Shown here piece after piece: positions 28,607-39,700 of a DNA stretch of 64,000 nt (positions are counted from its first letter, which is position 1; every line of letters starts with the position of its first letter). A model generated the notes under the pieces. The model made no database searches. It was given only the letters and a program-made list of their open reading frames with translations, and had not been told where the DNA came from. Both the position numbers and the translations under genes were made by a program. This DNA is from Myxococcota bacterium (lineage in GTDB: Bacteria > Myxococcota_A > UBA9160 > UBA4427), in assembly GCA_046351135.1 (NCBI GenBank), contig JAXLZA010000002.1:127427-191426 (forward strand), in the 5' to 3' direction.

Positions 28607-29443
28607 ATGGCCGCGGCGGACGCGCAGATCGGCGAGCTGGAGCGGTGGCGCGCGGTCGCGCTCGGGGTCGCCTGTCATGCGACCTTCCTCGCCGCGATCG
28701 CGTGGATGATCGCGAGCCTCCACGAGGGGCTCGCCCTGGGCCGCGGACGGCTCATCGGTCCCGCCGCCTGGGCCGCGAACGCCGCGCTCGCGCTCTCCTT
28801 TCCCCTGCTCCACTCCTGGCTGCTGACGCCGCGCGGCGCGAGCGCCCTCGATCGGCTGCTCGCCGACCGTGACGGCCGCCTTCGCTGCACGACCTACGCC
28901 TTCGTCGCATCGCTCCATCTGCTCGTCGTCTTCGGGCTCTGGTCGCCGGTCGGGCACCGGATCGCGCCGGCGGCCGACGGGATCCTCCACGGCCTTCGCG
29001 AGGGGCTCTTCGCCGGCAGCTGGGTCCTGCTCGCGCGGGCGATGTACGATGCGGGGCTGGACATCCAGTCGGGGTGGCTCGGCTGGAGCTCCGTCGTTCG
29101 GGGCCGCCCCCCGCGCTTCAAGGCCTTTCCGACGGGCGGGCTCTACCGCTTCACGAGGCAGCCGGTGTACGTCGCGTTCGCCTGCACGCTCTGGACGAGC
29201 CCCGTCCTCACGACCGACGGTTTGCTGATCGCCTCGATCTGGACGCTCTACTGCCTGCTCGGCCCGCTCCACAAGGAGCAGCGCCTGCTCGCCCGCGAGC
29301 CCGCCCGCTACCGCACCTATCAGGCCCGCGTCCCGTACTTCCTGCCGCGCCTCCCGCGCCGATCGCGCGGTCCGCTCGGCGCCGGCCCCGGTCCCGGCCC
29401 CGACCCCGACCCCGCCGCCGACGATGCCGGTGGAGCCGCCTGA
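28607..29443 (+). CDS. polytopic membrane protein of the ICMT/PEMT/MddA-like methyltransferase fold with a variant cofactor motif
   Basis: Several TM helices, then 'FPTGGLYRFTRQPVYVAF'. The family motif is G-x-YR-x-x-RHP-x-Y, but here Gln replaces His (codon 29159-29161). Low-complexity tail 'GPGPGPDPDP'. The stop overlaps the type III PKS start (ATGA). Confidence 0.6.
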   Translation: MAAADAQIGELERWRAVALGVACHATFLAAIAWMIASLHEGLALGRGRLIGPAAWAANAALALSFPLLHSWLLTPRGASALDRLLADRDGRLRCTTYAFVASLHLLVVFGLWSPVGHRIAPAADGILHGLREGLFAGSWVLLARAMYDAGLDIQSGWLGWSSVVRGRPPRFKAFPTGGLYRFTRQPVYVAFACTLWTSPVLTTDGLLIASIWTLYCLLGPLHKEQRLLAREPARYRTYQARVPYFLPRLPRRSRGPLGAGPGPGPDPDPAADDAGGAA

Positions 29444-30486
29444 TGCGCATCGCCTCCGTCGGTCGCGCGCTGCCGCCGCATCGCTACGAGCAGGAAGAGC
29501 TGCTCGAAGCCCTCGGCCGCGTCTTCGCCGGCGGCTTTCACAATCTCCGGCGCCTCGAGCAGATCCAGCGCAATACGCTGGTCGGCGGTCGTCACCTCGC
29601 GCTCCCGATCGAGCAGTATGCGGCGCTGCGCGGCTTCGGCGACGCGAACGACGCCTTCATCCAGGTCGGCCTCGAGCTCGCGGAGCAGGCGATCCGCGAG
29701 GCGCTCGCCCGGGCCGGGCTCGAGCCGCGCCAGGTCGACCACGTCTTCTCGCTCTCGGTGACGGGCATCGCGGCGCCTTCGCTCGACGCACGGCTCGTCA
29801 ATCGCCTCGGGCTGCGCAGCGACGTGAAGCGGACACCGATCTTCGGCCTCGGCTGCGTCGGCGGGGCGGCGGGCATCGCGCGGGCGGCGGACTACGTCCG
29901 CGCGTTTCCGCGCGAGACGGCGATCGTGCTCTCGACGGAGCTCTGCAGCCTGACGATCCAGCGCGGTGACGCGTCGATGGCGAACGTCATCGCGAGCGGG
30001 CTCTTCGGCGACGGGGCGGCGGCGGTCGTCGTCCGCGGCGCCGAGGTCCCGTCGACGGGCCCCCAGATCCGCGCGACGCGCTCGATCTTCTACCCGGACA
30101 CCGAGCGCGTGATGGGCTGGGACGTGACCGACGGCGGCTTCCGCGTCGTGCTCTCGGCGGACGTCCCGGAAATCGCCGCGGGCCTGCGCCCGGACGTCGA
30201 GAAGTTCCTCGCGGAGCAGGGCGTCTCGCTCGCGGACGTCGGTGTCTTCGTCTGTCATCCGGGCGGACCGAAGATCCTCGAGGCGATCGAGGGCTCCCTC
30301 GCGCTCCCCGCCGACGCCCTCGCCCGCTCGTGGCGCCATCTGCGGGCGGTCGGGAATCTCTCGAGCGCCTCGGTCCTCTTCGTGCTGCGTGATGCGCTCG
30401 ACGAGGCCCCGGCGCCAGGGACGCTCGGGCTCGTTCTCGCGATGGGGCCGGGCTTCTGCTCCGAGCTCGTGCTGCTGCGATGGTGA
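29443..30486 (+). CDS. type III polyketide synthase (chalcone/stilbene synthase superfamily)
   Basis: The Cys-His-Asn triad contexts are visible: 'IFGLGCVGGAAG', 'VCHPGGPKILEAIE' and 'GNLSSASVLFVL'. 347 aa. Confidence 0.9.
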   Translation: MRIASVGRALPPHRYEQEELLEALGRVFAGGFHNLRRLEQIQRNTLVGGRHLALPIEQYAALRGFGDANDAFIQVGLELAEQAIREALARAGLEPRQVDHVFSLSVTGIAAPSLDARLVNRLGLRSDVKRTPIFGLGCVGGAAGIARAADYVRAFPRETAIVLSTELCSLTIQRGDASMANVIASGLFGDGAAAVVVRGAEVPSTGPQIRATRSIFYPDTERVMGWDVTDGGFRVVLSADVPEIAAGLRPDVEKFLAEQGVSLADVGVFVCHPGGPKILEAIEGSLALPADALARSWRHLRAVGNLSSASVLFVLRDALDEAPAPGTLGLVLAMGPGFCSELVLLRW

Positions 30487-30535
30487 GGCGGCGCATGCAG
30501 GAGCGGACCGGGCATCCGACCATGAAGAGACGCCG

Positions 30536-31114
30536 ATGCTGAAGACGCAGCTCGCCTATCTCGTGCTGCTCGGGCTCGTCGCCCTCGAGCGGGGCTTCGA
30601 GCTGCGGCTCTCCCGGCGCAACGCCGAGCGCGCCTTCGCCGCGGGCGGGATCGAGGTCGGTGCCGGGCATTTCGGGGTCATGCGCGCGCTGCACGCGGCG
30701 TTCTTCGTCGCCTGTGCCGTCGAGGTCGTGCTGCTCGATCGGCCCTTCGATCCGCGCGTCGGCCTCCCGATGCTCGGGCTCGCCGCCGCGGCGCAGGGGC
30801 TGCGCTACTGGGCGATCACGGCCCTCGGTCCACGCTGGAACGTCCGCGTCATCGTCGTGCCCGGGGCGCCCGTCGTGACGAGCGGGCCCTATCGTTTCCT
30901 CCGCCACCCGAACTACGCCGCCGTCGTCGCCGAGGGCATCGCGATCCCCCTGATCCACGGCGCCTGGATCACCGCCCTCGTCTTCACCCTCGCGAACGCC
31001 TGGCTCCTCGCGACCCGCATCCGCGTCGAGGAGCGCGCCCTCGCCGAGCACTGTCCGCAGAGCGAGCGCCTCGATGCGCGGCCGCGCTTCGTGCCGATCG
31101 GAGGGAGCCGATGA
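30536..31114 (+). CDS. isoprenylcysteine carboxyl methyltransferase (ICMT) family membrane methyltransferase
   Basis: 'SGPYRFLRHPNYAAVVAEG...RIRVEERAL' with multiple TM helices. Confidence 0.85.
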   Translation: MLKTQLAYLVLLGLVALERGFELRLSRRNAERAFAAGGIEVGAGHFGVMRALHAAFFVACAVEVVLLDRPFDPRVGLPMLGLAAAAQGLRYWAITALGPRWNVRVIVVPGAPVVTSGPYRFLRHPNYAAVVAEGIAIPLIHGAWITALVFTLANAWLLATRIRVEERALAEHCPQSERLDARPRFVPIGGSR

Positions 31115-31428
31115 GCGATCCGACGAACGCCCCGATGCGCGCGTCCTCGAGCGCATCGAAGAACGAGTCGAACGCCGGATCGGCCGGCGAGACGTGGACC
31201 GAGCTCGCGCGGCTCCTGCGCGAGCGCTTCGCCCACGCCGGCGACGTCACCCCCGAGACCGACCTCGTCGGCGAGCTCGGCCTCGACTCGATCCAGCAGC
31301 TCGAGCTCCTCGTCGAGCTCGAGAACCACTTCGAGATCGCTCTCGAGCCCGAGGGCGACGAGACGATCCAGACGGCGGGCGACCTCGTCGCCTGGGTCGA
31401 CCGTGCGCGGCGAGGAGCGGAGCGATGA
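31111..31428 (+). CDS. stand-alone acyl carrier protein
   Basis: 105 aa. Phosphopantetheine attachment motif 'GELGLDSIQQLELL'. ATGA overlaps at both ends. Confidence 0.85.
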   Translation: MSDPTNAPMRASSSASKNESNAGSAGETWTELARLLRERFAHAGDVTPETDLVGELGLDSIQQLELLVELENHFEIALEPEGDETIQTAGDLVAWVDRARRGAER

Positions 31429-33176
31429 GCGAGACCCTCGCGACCCGCCTCGAGGACGCGGCCCGCGGAACCGGCACGATCACCTTCGTCGACCTGCGCG
31501 AGCGCGAGACGAAGCTGTCGCACGCCGAGCTCTACGACCGGGCGAGTCGCGCGGCGGCGGGCCTCGCGGCGCGGGGCGTCGTGCCCGGCGATCGGGTCGC
31601 GATCGTGGCGGCGACGAGCCCCGAGTTCTTCGACGGGTTCTTCGGGGCGGTGCTCGCGGGGGCGGTGCCCGTCCCGCTCTATCCGCCGGTCCGGCTCGGG
31701 CGCCTCGACGAATACCACGAGCGGACGGCGGCGATGCTCGTCGCGGCGCGAGTCCGGCTGGTGCTCGCCGATGCGCGGACGCTGCGCGTGCTCGGGCGCA
31801 CGATCGAGCGGGCGCGCCCGGAGCTCGGGTGCGAGGGGTTGGCCGACCTCCGCGCCGGTCGCTCGCTCGTGCGCGCGCTCGACCCCGACGCGCTGGGCTT
31901 CATCCAATTCTCCTCGGGTACGACCCGCGCGCCCAAGCCCGTCGCGCTCACCCATCGCCAGATCCTCGCGAACGTCGACGCCATCGGCGGCGCGGTCATG
32001 TCGGGCATTCCCGAGCGGGACGGCTTCCGCCACGTCGCCGCGAGCTGGCTGCCGCTCTACCACGACATGGGCCTCGTCGGCGGCCTCTTCACGTCGCTCT
32101 TCCACGGCCGCGATCTCGCCCTGATCCCGCCCGAGCACTTCATCGCGCGCCCCGCGCTCTGGCTGCGGGCGATCTCGCGCCACCGCGCGTCGATCAGCCC
32201 CGCCCCGAACTTCGCCTACGCGGTCTGCGTCGAGCGGGTCCGCGACGCCGAGCTCGAGGGCGTCGACCTCTCGTCGTGGCGGGTCGCGATGAACGGCGCC
32301 GAGCCGGTGACGCCGTTCGTGCTCGAACGCTTCATCGAGCGCTTCGCCGCCTACGGGCTGCGGGAGGAGGCGCTGACGCCCGTCTACGGACTCTCGGAGG
32401 CGACGCTGGCGGTCACGTTCAGCGACCTGCGCGAGCGCTTCACGATCCGGCGCTTCGATGCGCGGGCCCTGCTCGAAGAGGGACGCGCGATCCCCGTCGA
32501 GCAGGCCGCGCGCGGGGGGACCGCGATCGCCTCCCTCGGTCCCGCGCTCCCGGGCTTCGCCGTCGAGATCCGGGACGAGGCGGGGGCGCGGGTCGCGGAG
32601 GGCGTGCTCGGGCGCGTCCACGTCCGCGGGCCGTCGCTCATGTCGGGCTACGACGGGATGCCCGAGGAGACGGCGCGGGTCCTCGTCGACGGCTGGCTCG
32701 ACACCGGCGACGTCGGCTTCCTGCACGCAGGCGAGCTCCATCTCTACGGGCGCGCGAAGGACCTGATCATCGTGCGCGGCCGCAATCACGCGCCGCAGGA
32801 CATCGAGCGCGCCCTCGACGATCTGCCGGGGGTGCGGCCGGGGTGCAGCGCGGCGGTCGGTGCGCTGGCCGACGACGGAAGCGGCGAGGTGCTCTGGCTC
32901 TTCGTCGAGCGCGCGCGGGAGAGCGACCAGCCCGACGCCGAGCTCGTCGACACCATCCGGCGTCGGACCCTCGAGCGCAGCGGCCTGCACGCCGCCCGCG
33001 TCGTGCTCCTCGCCCCTGGCACCCTCCCGCGGACCTCGAGCGGCAAGATCCGCCGCAGCGAGACCCTCGCCCTCGACCGTGCCGGTCGCCTCGTGCCGCC
33101 GGCGCCGGTCTCGCTGCCGCGGCTCGCCGTCGAGATGGTCCGCTCGCTCCGGGCGTTCTCCCGTGTCCGGGATTGA
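31425..33176 (+). CDS. fatty acyl-AMP ligase (FAAL-type adenylating enzyme)
   Basis: Motifs 'LGFIQFSSGTTRAPKPVALTH', 'WLPLYHDMGL', 'YGLSEAT', 'GWLDTGDVGF', 'GRAKDLIIVRGRN' and 'LPRTSSGKIRR'. The N-terminus resembles FadD32-like FAALs. Confidence 0.85.
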   Translation: MSETLATRLEDAARGTGTITFVDLRERETKLSHAELYDRASRAAAGLAARGVVPGDRVAIVAATSPEFFDGFFGAVLAGAVPVPLYPPVRLGRLDEYHERTAAMLVAARVRLVLADARTLRVLGRTIERARPELGCEGLADLRAGRSLVRALDPDALGFIQFSSGTTRAPKPVALTHRQILANVDAIGGAVMSGIPERDGFRHVAASWLPLYHDMGLVGGLFTSLFHGRDLALIPPEHFIARPALWLRAISRHRASISPAPNFAYAVCVERVRDAELEGVDLSSWRVAMNGAEPVTPFVLERFIERFAAYGLREEALTPVYGLSEATLAVTFSDLRERFTIRRFDARALLEEGRAIPVEQAARGGTAIASLGPALPGFAVEIRDEAGARVAEGVLGRVHVRGPSLMSGYDGMPEETARVLVDGWLDTGDVGFLHAGELHLYGRAKDLIIVRGRNHAPQDIERALDDLPGVRPGCSAAVGALADDGSGEVLWLFVERARESDQPDAELVDTIRRRTLERSGLHAARVVLLAPGTLPRTSSGKIRRSETLALDRAGRLVPPAPVSLPRLAVEMVRSLRAFSRVRD

Positions 33177-34320
33177 CGCGCTCGTCGTCGGGGCGGGGCC
33201 GGCCGGTCTCGCGACCGCGATCGGCCTCGCGCGCCGCGGTGCCCGCGCGGTCGTCCTGGAGCACCGTCGTCCGCCCCTCGACAAGGCCTGCGGCGAGGGA
33301 ATCATGCCCGGCGGTGTGCGCCTGCTGGCCGAGCTCGGCGTCGACCTCGCGCGCCTCGGCGGTGCGCCGATGCGCGGCATCCGTTTTCTCGACGGCGAGC
33401 GCGTGCTCGAGGGCGAGTTCGCGACGGGGCCGGGGCTGGGCGTCCGACGAACGGCGCTCTCGGCGGCGCTCGTCGAGGCGGCGATCCGGGCCGGCGTCGA
33501 GCTCCGCTTCGGCTGCAGCTTGAAGCGCTGGCGCGTCGAGCCGGGCGGAGAGGCCGACCGGGTCCGCGCGATGACCTCCGTCGGCGAGCTGCGGGCGCGG
33601 GTGCTCGTCGGGGCCGACGGGCTCGGCAGTCGCATCCGCGCGAAGGCCGGACTCGCGTCGGGGGCCGCCGCGACGCCGGGCGCGGAAGGGCGCTGGGGGC
33701 TGCGGCGACACTACCGGGTGGCGCCGTGGACCGATCGCGTGGAGGTCCACTGGGGCGACGGCATCGAGGCCTACGTCACGCCGGTCGACCGGGACGAGGT
33801 CGGGGTCGCGTTCCTCTCGCGGGGGTTGGGCGGGCGCGGGGCGGGCGATCGACGATCGGTCGGTGATCCCGGGGCGCTGGTCTCGCGATTCCCCGCGCTC
33901 GCCGCGCGGCTCGCCGGCGCGGAGACGACGAGCCGGGTGCGCGGAGCGGGCCCGTTCTGGCAGTCGACCCGCGCGCGCACGGCGCCCGGCATCGCCCTCG
34001 TCGGCGACGCCGCCGGCTACACCGACGCCGTGACCGGCGAAGGGATCACCCTCGCCCTGCGCTGCGCCGACGCCCTCGCCGGGATCGTCGCCGCCGGCGC
34101 CCCCCTCGAGCGCTACGAGGCCGAGTGGCGGCGGCTCTCCCGCACCCACCGCCGCTTCGCCGCGCTGCTCGGCTTCGGCGTCGCGCATCCGGTCCTGCGG
34201 CGGGTGGCCTTCGCGGCGCTCGAGCGGGTGCCCGGCGCGTTCGAGGGGCTGCTGCGCCTCGCGGCCGAAGAGCGAACGCCGAGGGAGTCGCGATGGGTCG
34301 CCTCGCATCGCTCGGCCTGA
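33163..34320 (+). CDS. FAD-dependent oxidoreductase (geranylgeranyl-reductase / aromatic hydroxylase-like)
   Basis: GTG at 33163. Dinucleotide motif 'DALVVGAGPAGLATAIGLARRG', then 'LVGADGLGSRIR' and 'ALVGDAAGYTDAVTGEGI'. 14-nt overlap with the FAAL gene. Confidence 0.8.
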   Translation: MSGIDALVVGAGPAGLATAIGLARRGARAVVLEHRRPPLDKACGEGIMPGGVRLLAELGVDLARLGGAPMRGIRFLDGERVLEGEFATGPGLGVRRTALSAALVEAAIRAGVELRFGCSLKRWRVEPGGEADRVRAMTSVGELRARVLVGADGLGSRIRAKAGLASGAAATPGAEGRWGLRRHYRVAPWTDRVEVHWGDGIEAYVTPVDRDEVGVAFLSRGLGGRGAGDRRSVGDPGALVSRFPALAARLAGAETTSRVRGAGPFWQSTRARTAPGIALVGDAAGYTDAVTGEGITLALRCADALAGIVAAGAPLERYEAEWRRLSRTHRRFAALLGFGVAHPVLRRVAFAALERVPGAFEGLLRLAAEERTPRESRWVASHRSA

Positions 34321-36698
34321 GGCGGCCGGCGCCCGTCCTCGCGGTGGCGGCGCTCGTCGCGCTCGTGCTCGGCGTCGGCAGCCTGCGCGTCGGGACGGAC
34401 ACGGGCTACCGAGCGTTCCTCGGCGCCGGGCATCCCTCGGTCGTGGCCCTCGAGCGGGCGGCGGCGCGCTTCGGCGGCGGGGTGCCCTTCGCGATCGTGT
34501 ATCGCTGCGCGGGGGAGGCGCCGTGTGCATCGGTCTTCGACGCGGAGGCCCTCGCGATGGCCCACGCCCTGGCGACGCGGATCGCGGCGCTTCCCGGCGT
34601 CGCGCGGGTCGAGAGCCCGGCGACGAGCGCGCTGCTCGTGCCCGAGTGGCTCGAGCTGCCGCGGGCGCGGCGGATCGCGCCCGACGGCATTCCGGCGGAG
34701 GACGTCGCCGAGCTCGCGCGGCGCGCGCAGGCGGATCCGGTCTGGTCCGGGCAGATCGTGTCGGCGGATGGAGGGCAGGGCGCGATCGTCGTCCAGCTCG
34801 CCGACAGCGCGGGCGCGACGGCGGAGGCGGTCGTCGACGCGACGCGGGCCGCGCTCGGCGAGTGGGAGGCGAAGGGCTACCGCTTCGCCCTCGTCGGCGG
34901 ACCCGTCGAGTTCGTCGTCGCGGGGCGGGATCTCGATCGCCAGGTCCAGCGCCTCGTGCCCGTCATCGTGGCCTTCGTGGGCGGCCTCCTGCTGCTCGCG
35001 TTCCGGCGGATCGCGCCCTCCGTCGTCGTCCTGCTGACGGCGGGGCTCGCGCTCCTCTGCACCGTCGGCCTCCAGGGCTGGCTCGGCTGGCCGCGCACGA
35101 GCTTCTTCCAGGTCCTGCCCCCGCTCATGCTGACGATCGGCGTCTGTTATGGCATCCACGTCGTCTCGAGCTATGCGGAGGCCCTCGCCGCGCGCTCCGC
35201 AGCGGCCGGTGATCCCCGAGCCGTCGGCGAGCCCGGGGTCGCCGAGCGCGGGCGCCTGGTCGCGTCGACCCTCGAGGAGGTCGCGCGCCCGGCCTTCTAT
35301 ACGGCGCTGACGACCGCCGCCGGCTTCGCCTCGTTCTTCGGCAGCGGCCTCGAGAGCCTGGTGCGCTTCGGGGCGATCGCCGCCTTCGGGGTGATGGCGG
35401 CGTTCGCGGCCACCTTCCTGCTGCTGCCGATCGCCCTCGTCCGCATGCCCGCGCACTGGATCGGGGAGGCGGCCTCCCACGACGGCTGGGCCCGCCTCGT
35501 CGACCGCGTCGCCCGCCTCGTCGCGCGCCGCCGCGGCGCGATCCTGCTCGGCACCGCCGCCGCGACGGCGATCGGCCTGCTCGGCATCGGCCGCCTCTCG
35601 ATCGACGCGCGCTTCGAGGAGGTCTACGGGGAGGACAGCCAGGTCGTGCGCTGGGCGCGCGAGGCCGCGGGGCTCCGTGGCGGCGACACCCTCGAGGTCG
35701 TGCTCGAGCTGCCGTCCGGGGTCGCCCCGACCTCGCTCGAGGCCCTGCGCGCCGTCGACGGCGTCGAGCGCCTCGAAGCCCTCGACGGCATCGCCCGCCC
35801 GCTCTCGCTCCTGACCCCGATCCGCGCGCTCAACGCGCTCGTCCACCGCACGCCGCTCGACTTCTCGGAGGACGACGACCGATCGGCGACGCGCGCGGCG
35901 CAGCTGCTGCGGCTGATCCGCGCCGAGGATCCCGCCGCCCTCGAGCCCTTCGTCGCGCTCGCGGACGCGGGCGGGCGCGCCGCGCTGCGGATCTCGTTCC
36001 AGGGCGAGAAGCTGCCGCAGGACGCCCTGCGCGCGCTGGTCGAGCGGGTCGGAAGCGAGGCCCGGGCCGTCGCTCCGCCGGGGTCGCAGGTCGTCGTGAC
36101 CGGTCCGCTCGCGATCGTGAGCGGCATGATCGACGAGATCCGCGACACCCAGATCGGGAGCTTCGGCGCGGCGCTCGCGATGGTGTTCGTGCTCAGCGCG
36201 CTGTGTCTGCGGTCGTTCGCCCTGGCGCTCGTGGCGATGATCCCGACGACCCTCCCCGTCGCCATCACGCTGGGCGCGATGGGCTATCTCGGCATTCCCC
36301 TCGACATGGGCACGACGATGGTCGCCTCGGTCCTGCTCGGCCTGGGCGTCGACGAGGCCCTGCACCTCTTGTCCGGCTACCGGTCGGGGCGGGCCGCCGG
36401 CCTCCCGCGCGAGCGCGCCATGGATGCGGCGCTGCGGGCCGTCGGGCGGGCGCTCTTCACGACCGCCGGGGCCCTGGCCGCAGGGTTCCTGGTCCTGTTC
36501 TTCGTGCCATGGAAGAGCCTGTCGAGCTTCGGGCTCGTGACGGGGGTGGCGATCGGGGCCTCGCTGGCCGCCGATCTGCTGATCCTGCCCGCCGTGATGG
36601 GCAGCCGGTCGGCCGGGGACCCGCGCGGCGGAACGCCGCCGGAGGTGGTAAAACCCGGGGAGCCTGGTGGCGGGGTCGTGCCCTCCCGCACCGCATGA
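34293..36698 (+). CDS. MMPL / RND-superfamily (HpnN- or MmpL-like) lipid transporter
   Basis: ATG at 34293 ('MGRLASLGLRRPAPVLAVAALVAL'). About 800 aa with two 6-TM bundles separated by soluble domains. Contains 'GVCYGIHVVSSY' and 'LGLGVDEALHLLSGY'. 28-nt overlap with the upstream gene. Confidence 0.8.
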   Translation: MGRLASLGLRRPAPVLAVAALVALVLGVGSLRVGTDTGYRAFLGAGHPSVVALERAAARFGGGVPFAIVYRCAGEAPCASVFDAEALAMAHALATRIAALPGVARVESPATSALLVPEWLELPRARRIAPDGIPAEDVAELARRAQADPVWSGQIVSADGGQGAIVVQLADSAGATAEAVVDATRAALGEWEAKGYRFALVGGPVEFVVAGRDLDRQVQRLVPVIVAFVGGLLLLAFRRIAPSVVVLLTAGLALLCTVGLQGWLGWPRTSFFQVLPPLMLTIGVCYGIHVVSSYAEALAARSAAAGDPRAVGEPGVAERGRLVASTLEEVARPAFYTALTTAAGFASFFGSGLESLVRFGAIAAFGVMAAFAATFLLLPIALVRMPAHWIGEAASHDGWARLVDRVARLVARRRGAILLGTAAATAIGLLGIGRLSIDARFEEVYGEDSQVVRWAREAAGLRGGDTLEVVLELPSGVAPTSLEALRAVDGVERLEALDGIARPLSLLTPIRALNALVHRTPLDFSEDDDRSATRAAQLLRLIRAEDPAALEPFVALADAGGRAALRISFQGEKLPQDALRALVERVGSEARAVAPPGSQVVVTGPLAIVSGMIDEIRDTQIGSFGAALAMVFVLSALCLRSFALALVAMIPTTLPVAITLGAMGYLGIPLDMGTTMVASVLLGLGVDEALHLLSGYRSGRAAGLPRERAMDAALRAVGRALFTTAGALAAGFLVLFFVPWKSLSSFGLVTGVAIGASLAADLLILPAVMGSRSAGDPRGGTPPEVVKPGEPGGGVVPSRTA

Positions 36699-36711
36699 TT
36701 CCGGGAGTCCC

Positions 36712-39700
36712 TTGTCCACCTCCGGTCCGATCCGCCCGGAGCCGGTCGACGCCGGCCCGCGCGCCCCCGCGTTCGTCGATTTCTTCATCGACCGCCCGAT
36801 CTTCGCCGGCGTGATCGCCATCCTCATCACGATGGCGGGGCTGATCTCCGCCCCGCTGCTCCCGGTCTCGCAGTTCCCGCCGATCGCGCCGCCCTCGGTC
36901 TACGTCTCGGCGAACTACTCGGGCGCGAGCGCCGACGTGGTCGAGCGGACGGTGACCCTGCCGATCGAGGAGCAGGTCAACGGGGCCGAGAACATGCTCT
37001 ACATGTCCTCGGTCAGCGCGAATGACGGCCAGATGACCCTGACCGTCACCTTCGCCCTCGGCACCAACGCCGACATCGCCACGGTCAACGTCGACAACCG
37101 CGTCAAGAACGCCGAGCCGCGTCTGCCCGAGGAGGTCCGGCGCTTCGGCGTCACCGCGCGCAAGCAGGCGCCCGACCTCACGATGGTCGTGAACCTCTTC
37201 TCCCCCGACGGCTCCCGGGACACCCTCTACCTCTCGAACTACGCCCTCATCAACGTCATCGACGCGCTCAAGCGCGTCCCGGGAGTCGGCGAGATCTCGC
37301 TGCCGGGCGAGCGGCGTTATGCGATGCGGATCTGGCTCGATCCGCAGAAGCTCGCGAAGCTCGGGCTGACCTCGGGCGACGTCGTCGAGGCGGTGCGCGA
37401 GCAGAACAAGCAGGTCGCGGCGGGGCGCACGGGAGCCGCGCCCGCGCCGGCGGGACAGCAGGTCGAGCTGCCGCTGCGCACGAAGGGCCGCCTCGAGTCG
37501 GTCGCCGAGTTCGAGGCGATCGTGGTCCGCGCCGAGCCCGACGGCTCGCTGCTGCGGCTGCGGGACGTCGCGCGGGTCGAGCTCGGCGCCCAGAACTACA
37601 ACGGCTTCACCCGCCTGACCGGCCAGCCCGCGATGGCCCTCGGCGTCTTCCAGGTCCCGGACGCGAACGCCCTCGACGTCTCGCGCAACGTCCGCGCGGA
37701 GCTCGCGCGGCTGGCCGAGCGCTTCCCGCCGGGCGTCGACTGGCGCGTCCGCTACGACCCGACGCAGTTCGTCTCGGAGTCGATCGGCGAGGTCGTGCAG
37801 ACGCTGCTCTCGGCGGTGGTCCTCGTCTTCCTCGTCGTCTGGATCTTCCTGCAGGACTGGCGGACGACGCTGATCCCGACCATCACGATCCCGGTCTCGC
37901 TGATCGGGACGCTCGCCGTGCTGAACGCGATCGGGCTCTCGATCAACTCGATCACGCTCTTCGCCCTCGTGCTGGCGATCGGCCTCGTCGTCGACGACGC
38001 GATCGTCGTCGTCGAGAACGTGGCGCGGCTGATCGGGCGGGGCATGCCGCGCCGGGAGGCGGTGCGCCGCTCGATGGGCGAGGTCACGAGCGCGATCGTG
38101 GCGTCGACGCTGGTGCTGGGCGCGGTCTTCGTCCCCGTCGCGTTCCTGCCCGGGACGACCGGTCTGCTCCTGCGCCAGTTCGGCCTCGCGGTGACGAGCG
38201 CCGTCCTGATCTCGCTCGTCAACGCGCTGACCCTGTCACCCGCCCTCTGCGCGCTCTTGATGCGGGCCGAGGGTGCCCATCGCGGTCGCTTCGCCGCGGG
38301 CTTCGATCGCGGCTTCGGGCGCCTGATGAACCGCTACGACGGCACCGTGCGCTGGCTGCTGCCGCGGCCGCGCATCGTGATCGCGACCTTCGTCGTGCTC
38401 GCCCTCGCGACGGCGATGCTCTTCCGGATGGTGCCGTCGGGCTTCCTGCCCGACGAGGACCAGGGCTATTTCATGATCAGCTACCAGCTCCCGGACGGCG
38501 CGGCGCTCGGGCGCTCGGAGGCCGTCGCGACGGAGATCGAGGCCGTCCTCCACGACACGCCGGGCATCGTCGGCTGGAACCTCTTCGGCGCCTACGACGT
38601 GCTGACGAACACCTCGCCCTCGAACGTCGGCTCGTTCTTCGTGACCCTCGCGCCCTGGTCCGAGCGCGGCGGACGCGACCAGTCGCTGCAGGCGATCATG
38701 GGCAAGGTCCAGCCGCGGGTCGCGACGATCCCCGAGGCGATGGTCCGCGTCCTGAGCCCGGCGCCGGTGCGCGGGCTCTCCCGGACGGGCGGCTTCGAGT
38801 TCCAGCTCGAGGATCGCTCGGGGGGCAGCGTCGAGTCCCTCGCGGCGATGGCGCAGACGCTGATCGAGAAGAGCCGCTCGCGGCCCGAGCTCGCCGGGCT
38901 CTTCACGACCTTCCGCTCCGCGACGCCCCAGATCTTCGTCGACCTCGACCGTGCCAAGGCGAAGGCGCTGGGCGTCCGCGTCGACGACGTCTTCGAGACG
39001 CTCCAGACCTTCATGGGCGGCCTCTACGTCAACGACTTCGACCGCTTCGGCCGGCCGTTCCGGGTCTACACCCAGGCCGAGAGCGATCTGCGCGCTTCGC
39101 CCGAGGACGTCGAGCGGCTCTGGGTTCGCTCGGAGCGGGGCGAGATGGTGCCCATCTCGACGCTGGTCTCGCTCTCGCGGATCGCGGGGCCCCGGGACAT
39201 CCCGCATTACAACGTCTACCGGACGGCGACGATCCGCGGCCAGGCGGCCCCCGGCTACAGCTCGGGGGAGGCCCTCGACGCGATGGAGGAGCTCGCCGGC
39301 GAGGTCCTCCCGAACACGATGGCCTTCGAGTGGACGGGCACCGCCTATCAGGAGCGACAGGTCGGGCGCGAGTCCCAGATCGTGCTCGCCCTGTCGCTGA
39401 TGGTCGTGTTCCTCTTCCTCGCGGCCCAGTTCGAGAGCTGGAGCCTGCCGCTCGTGATCCTGCTGGCGGTGCCGCTCGCGTTCCTGGGCGCGCTCGGGGC
39501 CCAGATGTTGCGCGGGATGGGCAACGATCTCTTCGGCCAGATCGGGCTCGTCACGCTGATCGGCCTCGCCAGCAAGAACTCGATCCTGATCGTCGAGTTC
39601 GCGAAGCGGCGCCACGCCGAGGGCGCGAGCCTCGTCGACGCGGCGCGGGAGGCGGCGGAGACGCGCTTCCGGCCGGTCGTGATGACGGCGCTCGCGTTCG

